NCBI RefSeq assembly: GCF_009914755.1
Contig: NC_060926.1
Strand: one strand, 5' to 3'
DNA: 64,000 bases
From: the human T2T-CHM13v2.0 reference genome, Homo sapiens
Part shown: piece after piece, positions 1-12,450 of the stretch
Position numbering within the stretch: the stretch's first letter is position 1
Layout of the letters: every line of letters starts with the position of its first letter
Notes under the pieces: model-generated
Told to the model about the DNA's origin: nothing
Seen by the model: only the letters and a program-made list of their open reading frames with translations
Databases searched by the model: none
Program-made: the position numbers and the translations under genes

Positions 1-8
1 GGATCATC

Positions 9-309
9 TTTTTTTTTTTTTTTTTTTTTTTGAGTCTCGCTCTCTCACCCAGGCTGGTGTGTGGTGGCACAATCTCAGCTCACTGCAACTTTCCACCTCC
101 TGGGTTCAAGTGATTCTCATGCCTCAGCCTCCCGAGTAGCTGGGATTTACAGGCACCTGCTACCATGCCCAAGCAATTTTTGTATTTTTATTAGAGACCA
201 GGTTTCACCACATTGGCCAGGCTGCTCTCAAACTCCTGACCTCAAGCAACCCGTCCGCCTCGGCCTCTCATAATGCTGGGATTACAGGTATGAGCCACCA
301 TACCCAGCC
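9..309 (-). mobile_element. Alu SINE (AluS/J-like), full length
   Basis: Poly-T at ~9-31, Alu body, 5' end at tgagccaccatacccagcc; TSD ggatcatctt at 1-10 and 311-320. Confidence 0.95.
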
Positions 310-739
310 AGGATCATCTTGTAAGTCATAAATTTCAGTCTACTGCAACTGGCCCTTCTGTTTTTAGTGTCTGTTTATGCTGTTTGTTACAAGCTGTCCA
401 AGTGAGCACATGAACTTTCCGTCTGGCCCAGAGCAGTAGGTTGCTAACAAAGCATTGATAGGGTGTAACTGGCATGGATAAAAGCAAGTCCCAAGAGTCT
501 ACTTCATTTTTCTGAGTCTTAGCTTTCCCTGTGCTAAAAATTGGAAAATCACAGTAGCCTTATAGATAGTTATGATGATAAAATATACAAATATATTTGG
601 AAATATTTTGTGATCTCCAGGTGTTACACAACCATTATCCAACTCCAGTTAAATGTTAATAGATTTGTTATAATCAGGGTTTGATTGCTTTTTAAGTATA
701 GCATAGACCTCCAAAGTGCCCAGCTAATGCCAAGAATCA

Positions 740-1222
740 GTGAAATTCTGAAAATGCTAATGTGATCATGTTACTGCCCTTTTAAAACCTCTCCAATGGT
801 TTTTTACCACTAAAATTAGCTTTTAAGGGCTTGTGTGATTGATGCCTGCTCAGATCTTCAGCCTTCACAGCTCACAAGCCAACCCTGACCCATCCCTTTT
901 TCCTTGTTTGCTTCAGCAGAATAGTCTTTTGTTTCCTAGATACTGTCTGTGGCTCTGGTCATTTGCACAGACAATTCTCTTCTTCCCTGCTCAGACCATT
1001 CTTTTTCCATGATGAGTAGCATCCCCCGCCCTCATCCTTTCTAGCTTCTCCCACTGTAAGTCCAGGTTAGGTGCTGACCTCTTCCACTGGGCATCCAGAC
1101 CATCATGTTTTCCTCCATTTCAACATTAAACCAGTAGGCTCATTGCTTGATTTCTTGTCTCTCTTTCAAACACTATTAAGTAGGTATTCCTTAAACACTT
1201 TCTGATTGAATGGATGAATGTA
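740..1222 (+). mobile_element. L2 LINE 3' remnant
   Basis: tgatcatgttactgccc...ctccaatgg motif and a terminal tgaatggatgaatg tail typical of L2; boundaries approximate. Confidence 0.6.
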
Positions 1223-1330
1223 TTATTATTTAATACATCCATGAAGAAATCAGTGCCCTGGATAGTATTTTGTGTAGCCTTGGAATGGAAGAGTGTGATG
1301 AAGCCTCCATGAAACCCTATGGAGTGGATT

Positions 1331-3205
1331 AAAGTTATATATTTAATATATTATATATATAACTTTATAATATATAATATATATTATATATAACTTTATA
1401 ATATATAATATATATTATATATAACTTTATAATATATAATATATATTATATATAACTTTATAATATATAATATATATTATATATAACTTTATAATATATA
1501 ATATATATTATATATAACTTTATAATATATAATATATATTATATATAACTTTATAATATATAATATATATTATATATAACTTTATAATATATAATATATA
1601 TTATATATAACTTTATAATATATAATATATATTATATATAACTTTATAATATATAATATATATTATATATAACTTTATAATATATAATATATATTATATA
1701 TAACTTTATAATATATAATATATATTATATATAACTTTATAATATATAATATATATTATATATAACTTTATAATATATAATATATATTATATATAACTTT
1801 ATAATATATAATATATATTATATATAACTTTATAATATATAATATATATTATATATAACTTTATAATATATAATATATATTATATATAACTTTATAATAT
1901 ATAATATATATTATATACTATATATAACTTTATAATATATATATTATATACTATATATAACTTTATAATATATAATATATATTATATATTATATATAACT
2001 TTATAATATATAATATATATTATATATTATATATAACTTTATAATATATAATATATATTATATATGACTTTATAATATATAATGTATATTATATATTATA
2101 TATAACTTTATAATATATAATATATAATATAATATATAACTTTATAATATATATATCATATATTATATATAACTTTATAATATATATCATATATTATATA
2201 TAACTATAATATATATATCATATATTATATATAACTTTATAATATATATATCATATATTATATATAACTTTATAATATATATATCATATATTATATATAA
2301 CTTTATAATATATATATCATATATTATATATAACTTTATAATATATATCATATATTATATATAACTTTATAATATATATCATATATTATATATAACTTTA
2401 TAATATATATCATATATTATATATAACTTTATAATATATATCATATATTATATATAACTTTATAATATATATCATATATTATATATAACTTTATAATATA
2501 TATCATATATTATATATAACTTTATATATATCATATATTATATATAACTTTATATATATCATATATTATATATAACTTTATAATATATATCATATATTAT
2601 ATATAACTTTATAATATATATCATATTATGTATCACTTGCAGTGTATATATCATATATTATGTATCACTTGCAGTGTATATGTCATATATTATGTATCAC
2701 TTGCAGTGTATATGTCATATATTATGTATCACTTGCAGTGTATAGATCATATATTATGTATCACTTGCAGTGTATAGATCATATATTATGTATCACTTGC
2801 AGTGTATAGATCATATATTATGTATCACTTGCAGTGTATAGATCATATATTATGTATCACTTGCAGTGTATAGATCATATATTATGTATCACTTGCAGTG
2901 TATAGATCATATATTATGTATCACTTGCAGTGTATAGATTATATATTATGTATCACTTGCAGTGTATAGATTATATATTATGTATCACTTTATAATATAA
3001 TATATATTATAACTTTATAATATATAATATATATTATATATAACTTTATAATATATATAATATATTATATATAACTTTATAATATATATAATATATTATA
3101 TATAACTTTATAATATATATAATATATTATATATAACTTTATAATATATATAATATATTATATATAACTTTATAATATATGACTAATATATATTATATAT
3201 TTAAA
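1331..3205. repeat. AT-rich minisatellite/VNTR (29-38 bp units)
   Basis: ~18 copies of the 31-mer aactttataatatataatatatattatatat, then longer and cat-containing variants, then 11 copies of a 32-mer containing cacttgcagtg (2634-2985), then AT units again. Confidence 0.98.
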
Positions 3206-3548
3206 TTATAAAATCCTTCTTTAAGAAAAGAAAGTAAAATGAATGTCTTTATAGTCAAGAAAGGTCAGGTTTTTAATGATCACCCTTTCATGACTTATCT
3301 CCTAGAGAAAAGGAACTTCTTTCTGTAAAACTCAAGAATGAATCCTGTGTATAGTGGGATGGTGGTGAGTGAGGGGGAGTTAAGAGATAGAAGCCAGTTG
3401 GAGAATTGTTTGGTTGGCTATGGGAAATCCAACTTCAGAGTATGAAATTGGGCCAGCCTAACCCTTGCTGTGAAATGAGATGTGATTCTGAGAGGGAATC
3501 TAGATTTACACAGGGATAATTACTCTATAATCAACGTTGTGTATGAGT

Positions 3549-3574
3549 GTGTTGTGTGTGTGTGTGTGTGTGTG
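3549..3574. repeat. (TG)n microsatellite
   Basis: Direct reading. Confidence 0.9.
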
Positions 3575-3815
3575 CATATGTGATGAGCATGGGGCATCTG
3601 GAAGGTTTTGGGTAGATCTGTGGTACAAAAGTGTACATGTCTGGTTTGTACAGAAACAGAAGTCATGTACAGAAATAGGCATATCCAGTCAATTAAATTT
3701 CATTGATTAGGTTAAATCATCTAATAGTTTTCTTTGATAAAATATTTTTGATTAGAGATTAGCACAGCTCTTTGCTATTATCCTTTTAAAACTTATTCAC
3801 TTCCTCCTGCTTCTT

Positions 3816-3883
3816 TGTGTGTGTGTGTGTGGGTGGGTGGGTGGGTGGGGGTGGTGTATGTGTGTGTGTGGTTGTGTGTGTGT
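3816..3883. repeat. Compound (TG)n/(GGGT)n microsatellite
   Basis: TG runs flank gggtgggtgggtgggtggggg at 3831-3851. Confidence 0.9.
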
Positions 3884-3980
3884 ATTAGAGTTTTTCTGGA
3901 AGTAAATATTCAGAAAAGCTTTAAAATAGTAAAAATGACAGAAAACCTCCTAATGGTATGGTTGCTAAAATCAGGGTCAT

Positions 3981-4120
3981 TTTAATTTTATTTAAGTTCT
4001 GGGGTACACCTGCAGGATGCGCAGGTTTGTTACATAGGTAAACATGTGCCATAGTGGTTTGCCGCACCCATTGGCCCATCACCTAACTATTAAACCTTGC
4101 ATGCGTTAGCTATTTTCAAG
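3981..4120 (-). mobile_element. L1PA-type LINE-1 3' end, severely 5'-truncated (~140 bp)
   Basis: ggggtacacctgcaggatgcgcaggtttgttacataggtaaacatgtgcc is the antisense L1PA 3' UTR terminus; TSD tcagggtcattt at 3971 and 4121. Confidence 0.9.
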
Positions 4121-4275
4121 TCAGGGTCATTTTTACATTAAATTTAAGTGTCCAACAATGTTTTTAAAGTTTTTTTCCACTGAATTTTAGATTAGAACAT
4201 GCGCTTTGCATATACCTAAAAGAATTTTATGAGACAATAGAGTTCATATTAGAAAACATATTGAGCAATAGTGAC

Positions 4276-4647
4276 TATCTTAGTCTGATCCTGCTGCTAA
4301 AACAAAATATCTTAGATTGGGTAATTTATAAACAACAGAAATTTATTTCTCACAGTTCTGGAGACTGCAAAGTCCAAGATCAAGACACTGGCAGATTTGG
4401 TGTCTGGGTAAGTTTCACTCTCTGCTTCATAAATGGCAGCTCTTGCTGCATTCTCCACATGGCAGATGAGGAAAGAAAGAACAAACAGATTTTCTTATGC
4501 CCTCTTACAAGCGCACAAATTCCACTCACGAGGGCCCAGCCTTCATGACTTAATCACCTCGTAAAGGCCCTGCCTCTTAATACTATGGCATCGGGGATTA
4601 AGTATCAACATGAATTTTGGAGGAATACAAACATTCAAAACATAGCA
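4276..4647 (-). mobile_element. MaLR solo LTR (MLT1A-like)
   Basis: tcttagtc...gggtaatttataaacaacagaaatttatttctcacagttctggag...aacatagca; 5-bp TSD gtgac/gtgat. Confidence 0.88.
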
Positions 4648-5089
4648 GTGATGTTTAAAAACATTAAACATCCACAGAAGTTTGTGTCTCTGTTTTCAAC
4701 CTTCATGTTCAATCATCACAGTACTACATCCCTATAGAAAGAGGCTTCCTTGAGTAAAGACAGAAAGCTGTGCTACACCATTTCCATATGGCAAGGGGAG
4801 GCAGTGAGGTCCTATCATGGAAAAGGATCTATGGAAACGCTGGGGAGGGGATGGGGCTTGGTTTTGAACACTCTATTCTTTTTAGGCTTGAGCAGTTTGA
4901 TATGAACACATATCATTTGAACACATTTTTGGAAGAGACTGTTTCCAAAGTGCCTACTCAGGGGACTTTGTCTAGCCTGATATACAAAGTTCTCCAGAAT
5001 CAGGCCCCACCAGCCCTGACCTCACCTGAGAGAGGGCACAGCAGGATGGTTAGGAGTTTTGTCTCTCTGGTACATGGAAGAGGTCTTTT

Positions 5090-5620
<531 letters not shown>

Positions 5621-5659
5621 TTTAGTTCAAGCTTTAGTTTTATAATATAGTTTATGGTT

Positions 5660-8150
5660 TTTAATTTATTTTGTTTTCTTTTTAAAGTTAAAGTAATATA
5701 TGTACATGGTTTAAAAAGTCAAATAGGTCTACAAATTTGTATGAAAAACAGTAGATTTCTGCCCCCATTCTTCTCCACCCCATTACTATCTCTCTCCAGA
5801 GGAAATCACTTCCTATTCATTTAACTTATACTTTTGGTATTTACCTCACCCTCTCTAAATCAGAGCTTCTCAAACAGTAAGGAACAAATAGGCTACAGAT
5901 TTGGGGAGATGTTGGTCCCCTCTTCCCTGGAGGTGGTCAGGTGGAACCCAAGGTGGTATGAGTTCCCATCTGTTGCCTCTAGTCTCAATCAGCCTTTTGC
6001 ATTTATTCCTGTGTGCCTTATATTTATGTGTGTGTGTGCCATGTCTTGAACAAGGCTAAGAAGAATTGATAAATACAATGCTACTTACAGATGTTTCAGT
6101 TTAGGCATTATCCATTGACCTCACACATGTGTCTGCACACACTTCTCATTTCTTCCGCCCCTCCAATATAGTTATCATAATTTTGGTTGTATACATTTTC
6201 AGTGTTTCCTCTATTATAACTAGGTAAATCATAAACTGTGTAGTAAATGATAGTTTCTTTTTCTTTTCTGAGCAATTTTCCTTTCCTCTGGAATGAATAC
6301 TTGATTTTTTTCTTTCTTTAGTTTTCTCTGTACATATCACTAATCCAGCCCGAATTTTTCATGAACTGTCAAAATCTTCAAGTATTCTTTTAATTTTATA
6401 TTCCAGAAGAAATCTTATCAAAATTCTTAACATGTGCTCCTAGTGGATCTGTCTTCTCTGCTTCATGCACAGCTATTGCCCTACAATCGCCTTTGTTACC
6501 TTAGGGACTTTCTTTTTCCCATGTTAGACTCCCTCTTGTTTTAGCCATGTCTTCTGTTTTGATCATCTCCTTGTTTTGCTAGAGCTCATCACTCAGTAGT
6601 TTCATAAGAAAGGAATAATGAAAAATAACATTTTTTAGACTATGGCATGTCTTAAAATGTCTTTGTTCTAGTACCACTCAATTGAAAGTTTGGTTGGGTA
6701 TAGAATTTTATGTCACAGCTCATTTTCTCCCAGAATTTGAAGACTTTGATGCATTGTCTTATATCTTCTAGCTCTGTTATTGTGAAGTTCAACCCTATTT
6801 TTGATACCTCATCCTTTGTATGTGACTATTTATTTCTCTTTTTGTAGATGTGTATGGTCTTTTCTGCAATTTCATGATGCTCTATCTTGGTATAATTCTG
6901 TTTTCATTCACTGTGCCAGATACTCGGCAACTGATGTGCTTCAATTCTGAATATATTTTAATGTAGTTTTCCACTGTGATTTCTTTCTTCTTCTTCTTGT
7001 TTAATCAATGCTGTCTTCCTGAAACTCCTGTTATTTGGATATTAAAAATACCTAACTGATTTTAAGTTTTCTTTGTGTTCTCTCCTATTTTTCATTGCCT
7101 AGACATCTGGTCCTGCTTTTTAGGGAATTTTCCCAATTTTATGTTGCAACCCTCTTTCTACTGAAGTTTTTATTTCTGCTCTCATATTTATTTCCAAGAC
7201 TCTTTTTAAAATTGTCAGATTAATTGTTTTTGTAAAGGGCTTCGGTTCTTATTTTATGAATGTTGTGTATTAATAACTTTGACTTCCTTCTTGCATTTTT
7301 CCCGTATTATATCTGAGTGGCTTTTTTGTCCTTTTTTATTTGCATTTAGGTCTCTATTTTTCATGTTAGCATTTATTTGAATGATCTGGTAATTTTTTAC
7401 AGTGATGCCCTTAAAGGCTGATGTGAAATTCTGTGTACTGTGGTAGAACTTGTCAGCCACAGTCTTCAATGTAGAGATGATTTTGATGGGCTCCTTTGTG
7501 GAAGAAGCCTCAATGCTGAGCCCTTAATGTCTGCCCGCTTGGACTATTCATTGCAAGTATAGTAGATGTGCTGCTGAAGTGAAAGCCAACTGGGTTGTTC
7601 AGATTCCAGTCTTTTCCTTGCAGGATATTAGTTTAATTTTCAGTGTTTTAGAGACCTAGCAGTGATTAGACTGGGACTGGGGTATTACGGTGAATTTCAG
7701 CACTTAGCATATAAAAGGTGCACATAATTTCTTTAATTTCAGCGAGATAATACCATCGTTTGAACCTGAGAAGAGAATCTGAGGAGGTGTTTCTTAAGCA
7801 AGCCTTCAGTGAATTATTCTCTTTTTAGCCCAACTCTCATTTTTACTCTTAGAGGCACCTGGTGCTGAAGAACCTCTGAATGTTGTGGGGATTTCTGCCA
7901 TAAATTTGGTCACATTTTAGCTTTTCTTACTCCAAACTTGGAATTCATATTGCTCATGTCTTCTATGTCATTTAGCATAAGTCCAATTGCTCGACCAATT
8001 CTAAAGTTTTGTTGTTTTCTCTTCTTCTATTATTTTGTTTTTATGGTTTTATGCCTTAAAACATTTTTTTCCTTGTGATTTTCTTAGGATTTCACAAAAA
8101 AGCAAGACTATATGCATGTACATTTATTTTACTATCTTTACCGGGAAATC
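5660..8150 (-). mobile_element. Old L1M (L1ME-like) fragments, probably with a nested hAT-Charlie MITE at ~5861-6068
   Basis: T-rich antisense L1 texture, e.g. agtttggttgggtatagaattttatg...cagaatttgaag; cagagcttctcaaac resembles a Charlie TIR. Boundaries approximate. Confidence 0.55.
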
Positions 8151-8399
8151 TCACTTAGAGTTTTCTCTTCCGACTTTTTTATTATTCTGTCCTCTCAGGT
8201 TGTAATGTCTTCCTTTTGACTTTTTCTCCCTTCACTGACATCTGCCCATAGCCGTGGTTCCATCCTCAAGCCATCTTTAATAACTCCAGACCACAGGACT
8301 ACATTTTCTTTGCCTTTAAAGCATTTTGATTTCTCTCTGCCTAGTACCTGGATTTTCACATGCCACTGCTACTGCTGCTGCTACCATAGCTATTTCTAG

Positions 8400-8645
8400 T
8401 AATAACAATATAACTGAACACCAACATTTACTGAATGCTAAGTGCTATTCTAATTGCTTCACATGTGTTTTCTTACCTTTTCCTTACAACTCTTTCGCTT
8501 TGGTATTGGTATCATTCCATTTTACAGATGAGAAAATTAAGGCAATTGGAAATTAAATTGCTCCCACATCACAGAACTCATAACTGGTAAAAGCAGATTT
8601 TTAAAAATATGACTGTCTGATTCCAGTACCTGTGTTCTTAATTGT
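8400..8645 (-). mobile_element. MIR SINE
   Basis: aacatttactgaatgcta...cattttacagatgagaaaattaaggc core. Confidence 0.75.
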
Positions 8646-8796
8646 TCACAATAGTTATTAAAAGAAAATACTGTTATGCCTATTTCATAAATAAGATTTT
8701 GATCTAGAGAATTTATTATCTTTCCAAAATTTCTTTATGACTAGTAGGAGGAATAACCAGAGTTTTATGATAACATCTCCAGGACTCTATCCATTA

Positions 8797-8993
8797 TACT
8801 TCCAGGATAAATTACGCCCTTTCCTAACTTGCAAAGTATTGTTTTGCTCTTTCAGTTTTCTTTACCAAATTGTTTTTTAACTGATTAAATATTTACTTCC
8901 AGGATATATTATGCCCTTTCCTAACTTGCAGAGTATTGTGTCGCTGTTTCAGTTTTCTTTACCAAATTGTGGGTTAACTGATTAAATATTTAC
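8797..8993. repeat. Tandem duplication, 2 x 97 bp
   Basis: 8797-8893 vs 8894-8990; 9 substitutions, no indels. Confidence 0.95.
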
Positions 8994-10321
8994 CATATGC
9001 TCCATGCAAATGTAATATGTAGTGTTAAAAATACATTTTCAGCATTTCAGCATTGAATTACAAGTTGAAGCCACTTAATCCAACTGCCTTATTTAGCAGT
9101 TGCAGGTGATGCTCAAAGAAGCTGAGTAACTTATCCAAGCTTACAATGCTAATTACTAAAAAAACTGTGTTAAACCCAGTTGTCAAATGCTTTTATTTAA
9201 TAAAATACTTCTCAAATGACTCATTGTTAGCAACTTAAGCAATATTTTTTTCTAGAAGGTTTGTTTTCCTGAAAATAACTTTATAGGATATATAGTTTTC
9301 TTAAAAGTAAAATTTCTGTATGTCAGATTTTCTTTTCCATAATAGAATAGACTTGTTTTCTGACAAATGTATTTTGGCCCCCTAAAGCACAATAAAGACT
9401 ACACAACATAACAAACTCACAAATATGTATGTTATTTAAATATAAGTGTTTCTTTTCCTGCTAAAGCATATGTGACTCTGAAAAGAGATAGCATCAATAC
9501 AGCCCTGCAACTAAAAATACCACAAATCAGAAACAACGTTCTTCTCTTCTTGATCCACTGAAGAGAGGCTGTGTTCTGTGTGCTGTCTGTTTCCTTAAAC
9601 TCATTCTTGGGTTTTATCTCAGTTCCAAGGTAAATATTCTTTAAAAGTCCAGATCTCTTAGCTGTTCTGTTAAAAGGTTTATCTTGTGCATGTATTGCTT
9701 GTTTATTTAGCAACCCTATGAGTCTATTGAAGTGTTGGTTTAGTGGTCTTTCTAAATTACTTATGGTGAGAGCCAACTAATCTTTGGTCACAGTGCATTT
9801 CAGGCTCTGGAAATCACTATGCTGATTGCTTATATTTCCAATTGGAAATTTCTACAAGGTGCTCAAGCTTACATTTACGTTGTATCTTCAAACACCTTTG
9901 TACAAAGAGAAATGAGTGGATCTTATTTCCAAAGGAAAGTTTGGAAAACCAATGTGCCTGGGATAAGGGAAAGAATTAATAACTTCCTTTTTCATACTTT
10001 CTTTTCTGTCCTTTTAAAAAATTATTATTTGTTGAGGTGAAAGTAGGGAAGACAGGGGCTTTAATCAAGCACTCGTAAGAAACTGGAAAAGTAATAAAGA
10101 CAGGAGCAAAATAAGAAAAGTCACAGAAAATATGTCTTGTAAGAAATGTCAACAAAACAGGGGAAATGCAATCTTTGGCTCCTCATCCTATCTTAAGTCT
10201 TGGCAGTTTTACAATTCAGGGCAAATGACCAGCATACTCTGAGCTATACTTCTCTAGTTAACAGAAGGGCCTCAGTACTTTTAAGAAAAGGGAGTGTTCA
10301 ACTTCATCTTTGAGGGCAAAG

Positions 10322-10510
10322 ATTAGAATCATAGAATGTTAGCACTCAAAAGGAATTCATAGATCATCTGCTTTCTAATCCAATCTCTTTGTTTCACAGC
10401 TGAGGTCGCTCTGAGGCCAAGAGAAAGGATATAAGTCTTCGGCAGTCATACAGTCAGTTAATGGCAGGCATTGATTAAAATTCACCAAAATCTTAGTTCT
10501 CAGACTACAA
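10322..10510 (-). mobile_element. MIR/MIR3-like remnant
   Basis: agaatcatagaatgttag...agatcatct...ttcacagctgagg...gtcatacagtcagttaatggcag. Confidence 0.6.
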
Positions 10511-10741
10511 TGTCAGCAATCATGTATTAAAATGCAATTTAAAAAAATCCAAGCTACTTAACTTGGCTTACCTCATCTCCTGTCACTCTCCTTGTTATTC
10601 CCTCTGTTCCTGAAACATTGGTCTTCTTCTTGATCCTGGGACACACCAAGACGTCTCCTGTATTCAGATATATGCAGTGGCTATTCTCTCAGTCTGGAGG
10701 GATGCCTTCTGTCCCTGTCTATGTTACCTAATTATAGGTGT
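10442..10741 (+). repeat. Left arm of 300-bp inverted repeat
   Basis: Reverse complement of 12151-12450; mismatches only at 10495 and 10726. Confidence 0.98.
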
Positions 10742-11018
10742 TTCTTGTCAGTTAGATCTCAGTCTCAGCCTAAATGCCATCTTCTCTGTGAGCTCCTCCT
10801 TGACTAGGCAATGCTAACATGATGCTCAGGGTCTCTTTATCACATCATCGTACTTCTTTTCTTAGCATAACATTTACCACAATCCATTTTTTGTTGTTAC
10901 TATTCCCTAGTGCAAGTAAGCCCCATGAGTATATTAATCTTGTTTGTTGATTGTGTTCTTTAATGCCTGGGGCACGACAAACACATAGTAGATGTATAAT
11001 GAATACATATTAAAGAAA
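10565..11018 (+). mobile_element. L2 LINE 3' remnant
   Basis: cctcatctcc...gatctcag...aaatgccatcttctctgtgag...gtaagccccatgag...atgcctggggcac...tagtagatg. Confidence 0.65.
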
Positions 11019-11020
11019 TA

Positions 11021-11454
11021 TAGTTGACCCTTGAGCAATATGGGTTTGAACTGCCTGGGTCCACTTACATGTGGCTTTTCTTTTGTCTCTGCTGCTTGTG
11101 AGACAACAGGAGCAACTTTCCTCTTTCTCCTTCTCCTCAGCCTATTCGATGTGAAGACTATGGAGATGAAGAATTTTATAATGATCCACATACAGTTTAT
11201 AAATAGTAAATATATTATATCTTTCTTATGATTTTCTTAATAGCATTTTCTTTTCTCTAGCTTACTTTGTTTAAGAATGCAATATATAACATGTAAAATA
11301 TGCGTTAATCTACTATTGGTGTTATCACTAAGGCTTCTGGTCAACAGTAGGCTATTAGTAGTTAAGTTTTTGGAGAGTCAAAAGTTATACATGGATTTTC
11401 AACAGCCCAGGGAGGTTCGTGCCCCTTTTCCCAGTGTTGCTCAAAGGTCAACTA
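11021..11454. mobile_element. Tigger2a (MER28) TcMar-Tigger non-autonomous DNA transposon
   Basis: TIRs tagttgacccttgagcaa / ttgctcaaaggtcaacta, TA target duplication, 434 bp long. Confidence 0.9.
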
Positions 11455-12150
11455 TACATACATAAATACATAAATAAAATAGTTGGAAATATTGAAAAAG
11501 ATATCATCTATAGTAGACATTAGTTTTAAACACACCAACTTCACCATGCTCTGTGCTTTATTTTGATATTAAAACTTACTAAATTTGTGTATTTCAAAAT
11601 AATATATAATACATAAATTTATATATGCAAATTCATGCATATATAAACACATAATCTTCAATGATTGGACCCTCTCTACATAACCAAATACTGACATAAA
11701 AAAGGAAGAGTGTTGCACATTTTATGACTTTTATTGCATAGAAAATATTTTTTTCTGAGAGTTTTTGAATTCTTTAAGAATTCTGGCACTTTCTAAATGC
11801 AAGTGTTTGGTGGTGTTATGAACAGAACAGTTTGATGACTATGGGAGGTTGAGAGAGTGATTATGTCTACTCTTCATCAATAGCTTCACACTTGAGGCAG
11901 CCTGGAGACATAGGAGGCTCTAATGAGGATAATACTCACCATCTTCAAGTTGCTAAACAGTCTAAGATGCTGATTGTCTTTTTGCCTGAAACTTCCTTGA
12001 TGTGGGAGAGATGTTTACATTTCTTGACGTCCTGCCTTTAACTTGACAGGTTTAGGACAGCCTGGGTGGGAATAGAAACACACTGGAAGGAGTGGTAAAA
12101 ACCCATCTTCGCTATTCCTGCCTCTCACTGTTCATCCGAGCCCTGATGAG

Positions 12151-12450
12151 ACACCTATAATTAGGCAACATAGACAGGGACAGAAGGCATCCCTCCAGAC
12201 TGAGAGAATAGCCACTGCATATATCTGAATACAGGAGACGTCTTGGTGTGTCCCAGGATCAAGAAGAAGACCAATGTTTCAGGAACAGAGGGAATAACAA
12301 GGAGAGTGACAGGAGATGAGGTAAGCCAAGTTAAGTAGCTTGGATTTTTTTAAATTGCATTTTAATACATGATTGCTGACATTGTAGTCTGAGAACCAAG
12401 ATTTTGGTGAATTTTAATCAATGCCTGCCATTAACTGACTGTATGACTGC
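12151..12450 (-). repeat. Right arm of 300-bp inverted repeat (derived copy)
   Basis: 298/300 identical to the reverse complement of 10442-10741. Confidence 0.98.

Noticed and set aside
12143-12180. CTGATGAG followed by a small hairpin, resembling a hammerhead ribozyme core
   Set aside because: No GAAA after stem II and no stems I/III; the motif sits on the duplication junction.
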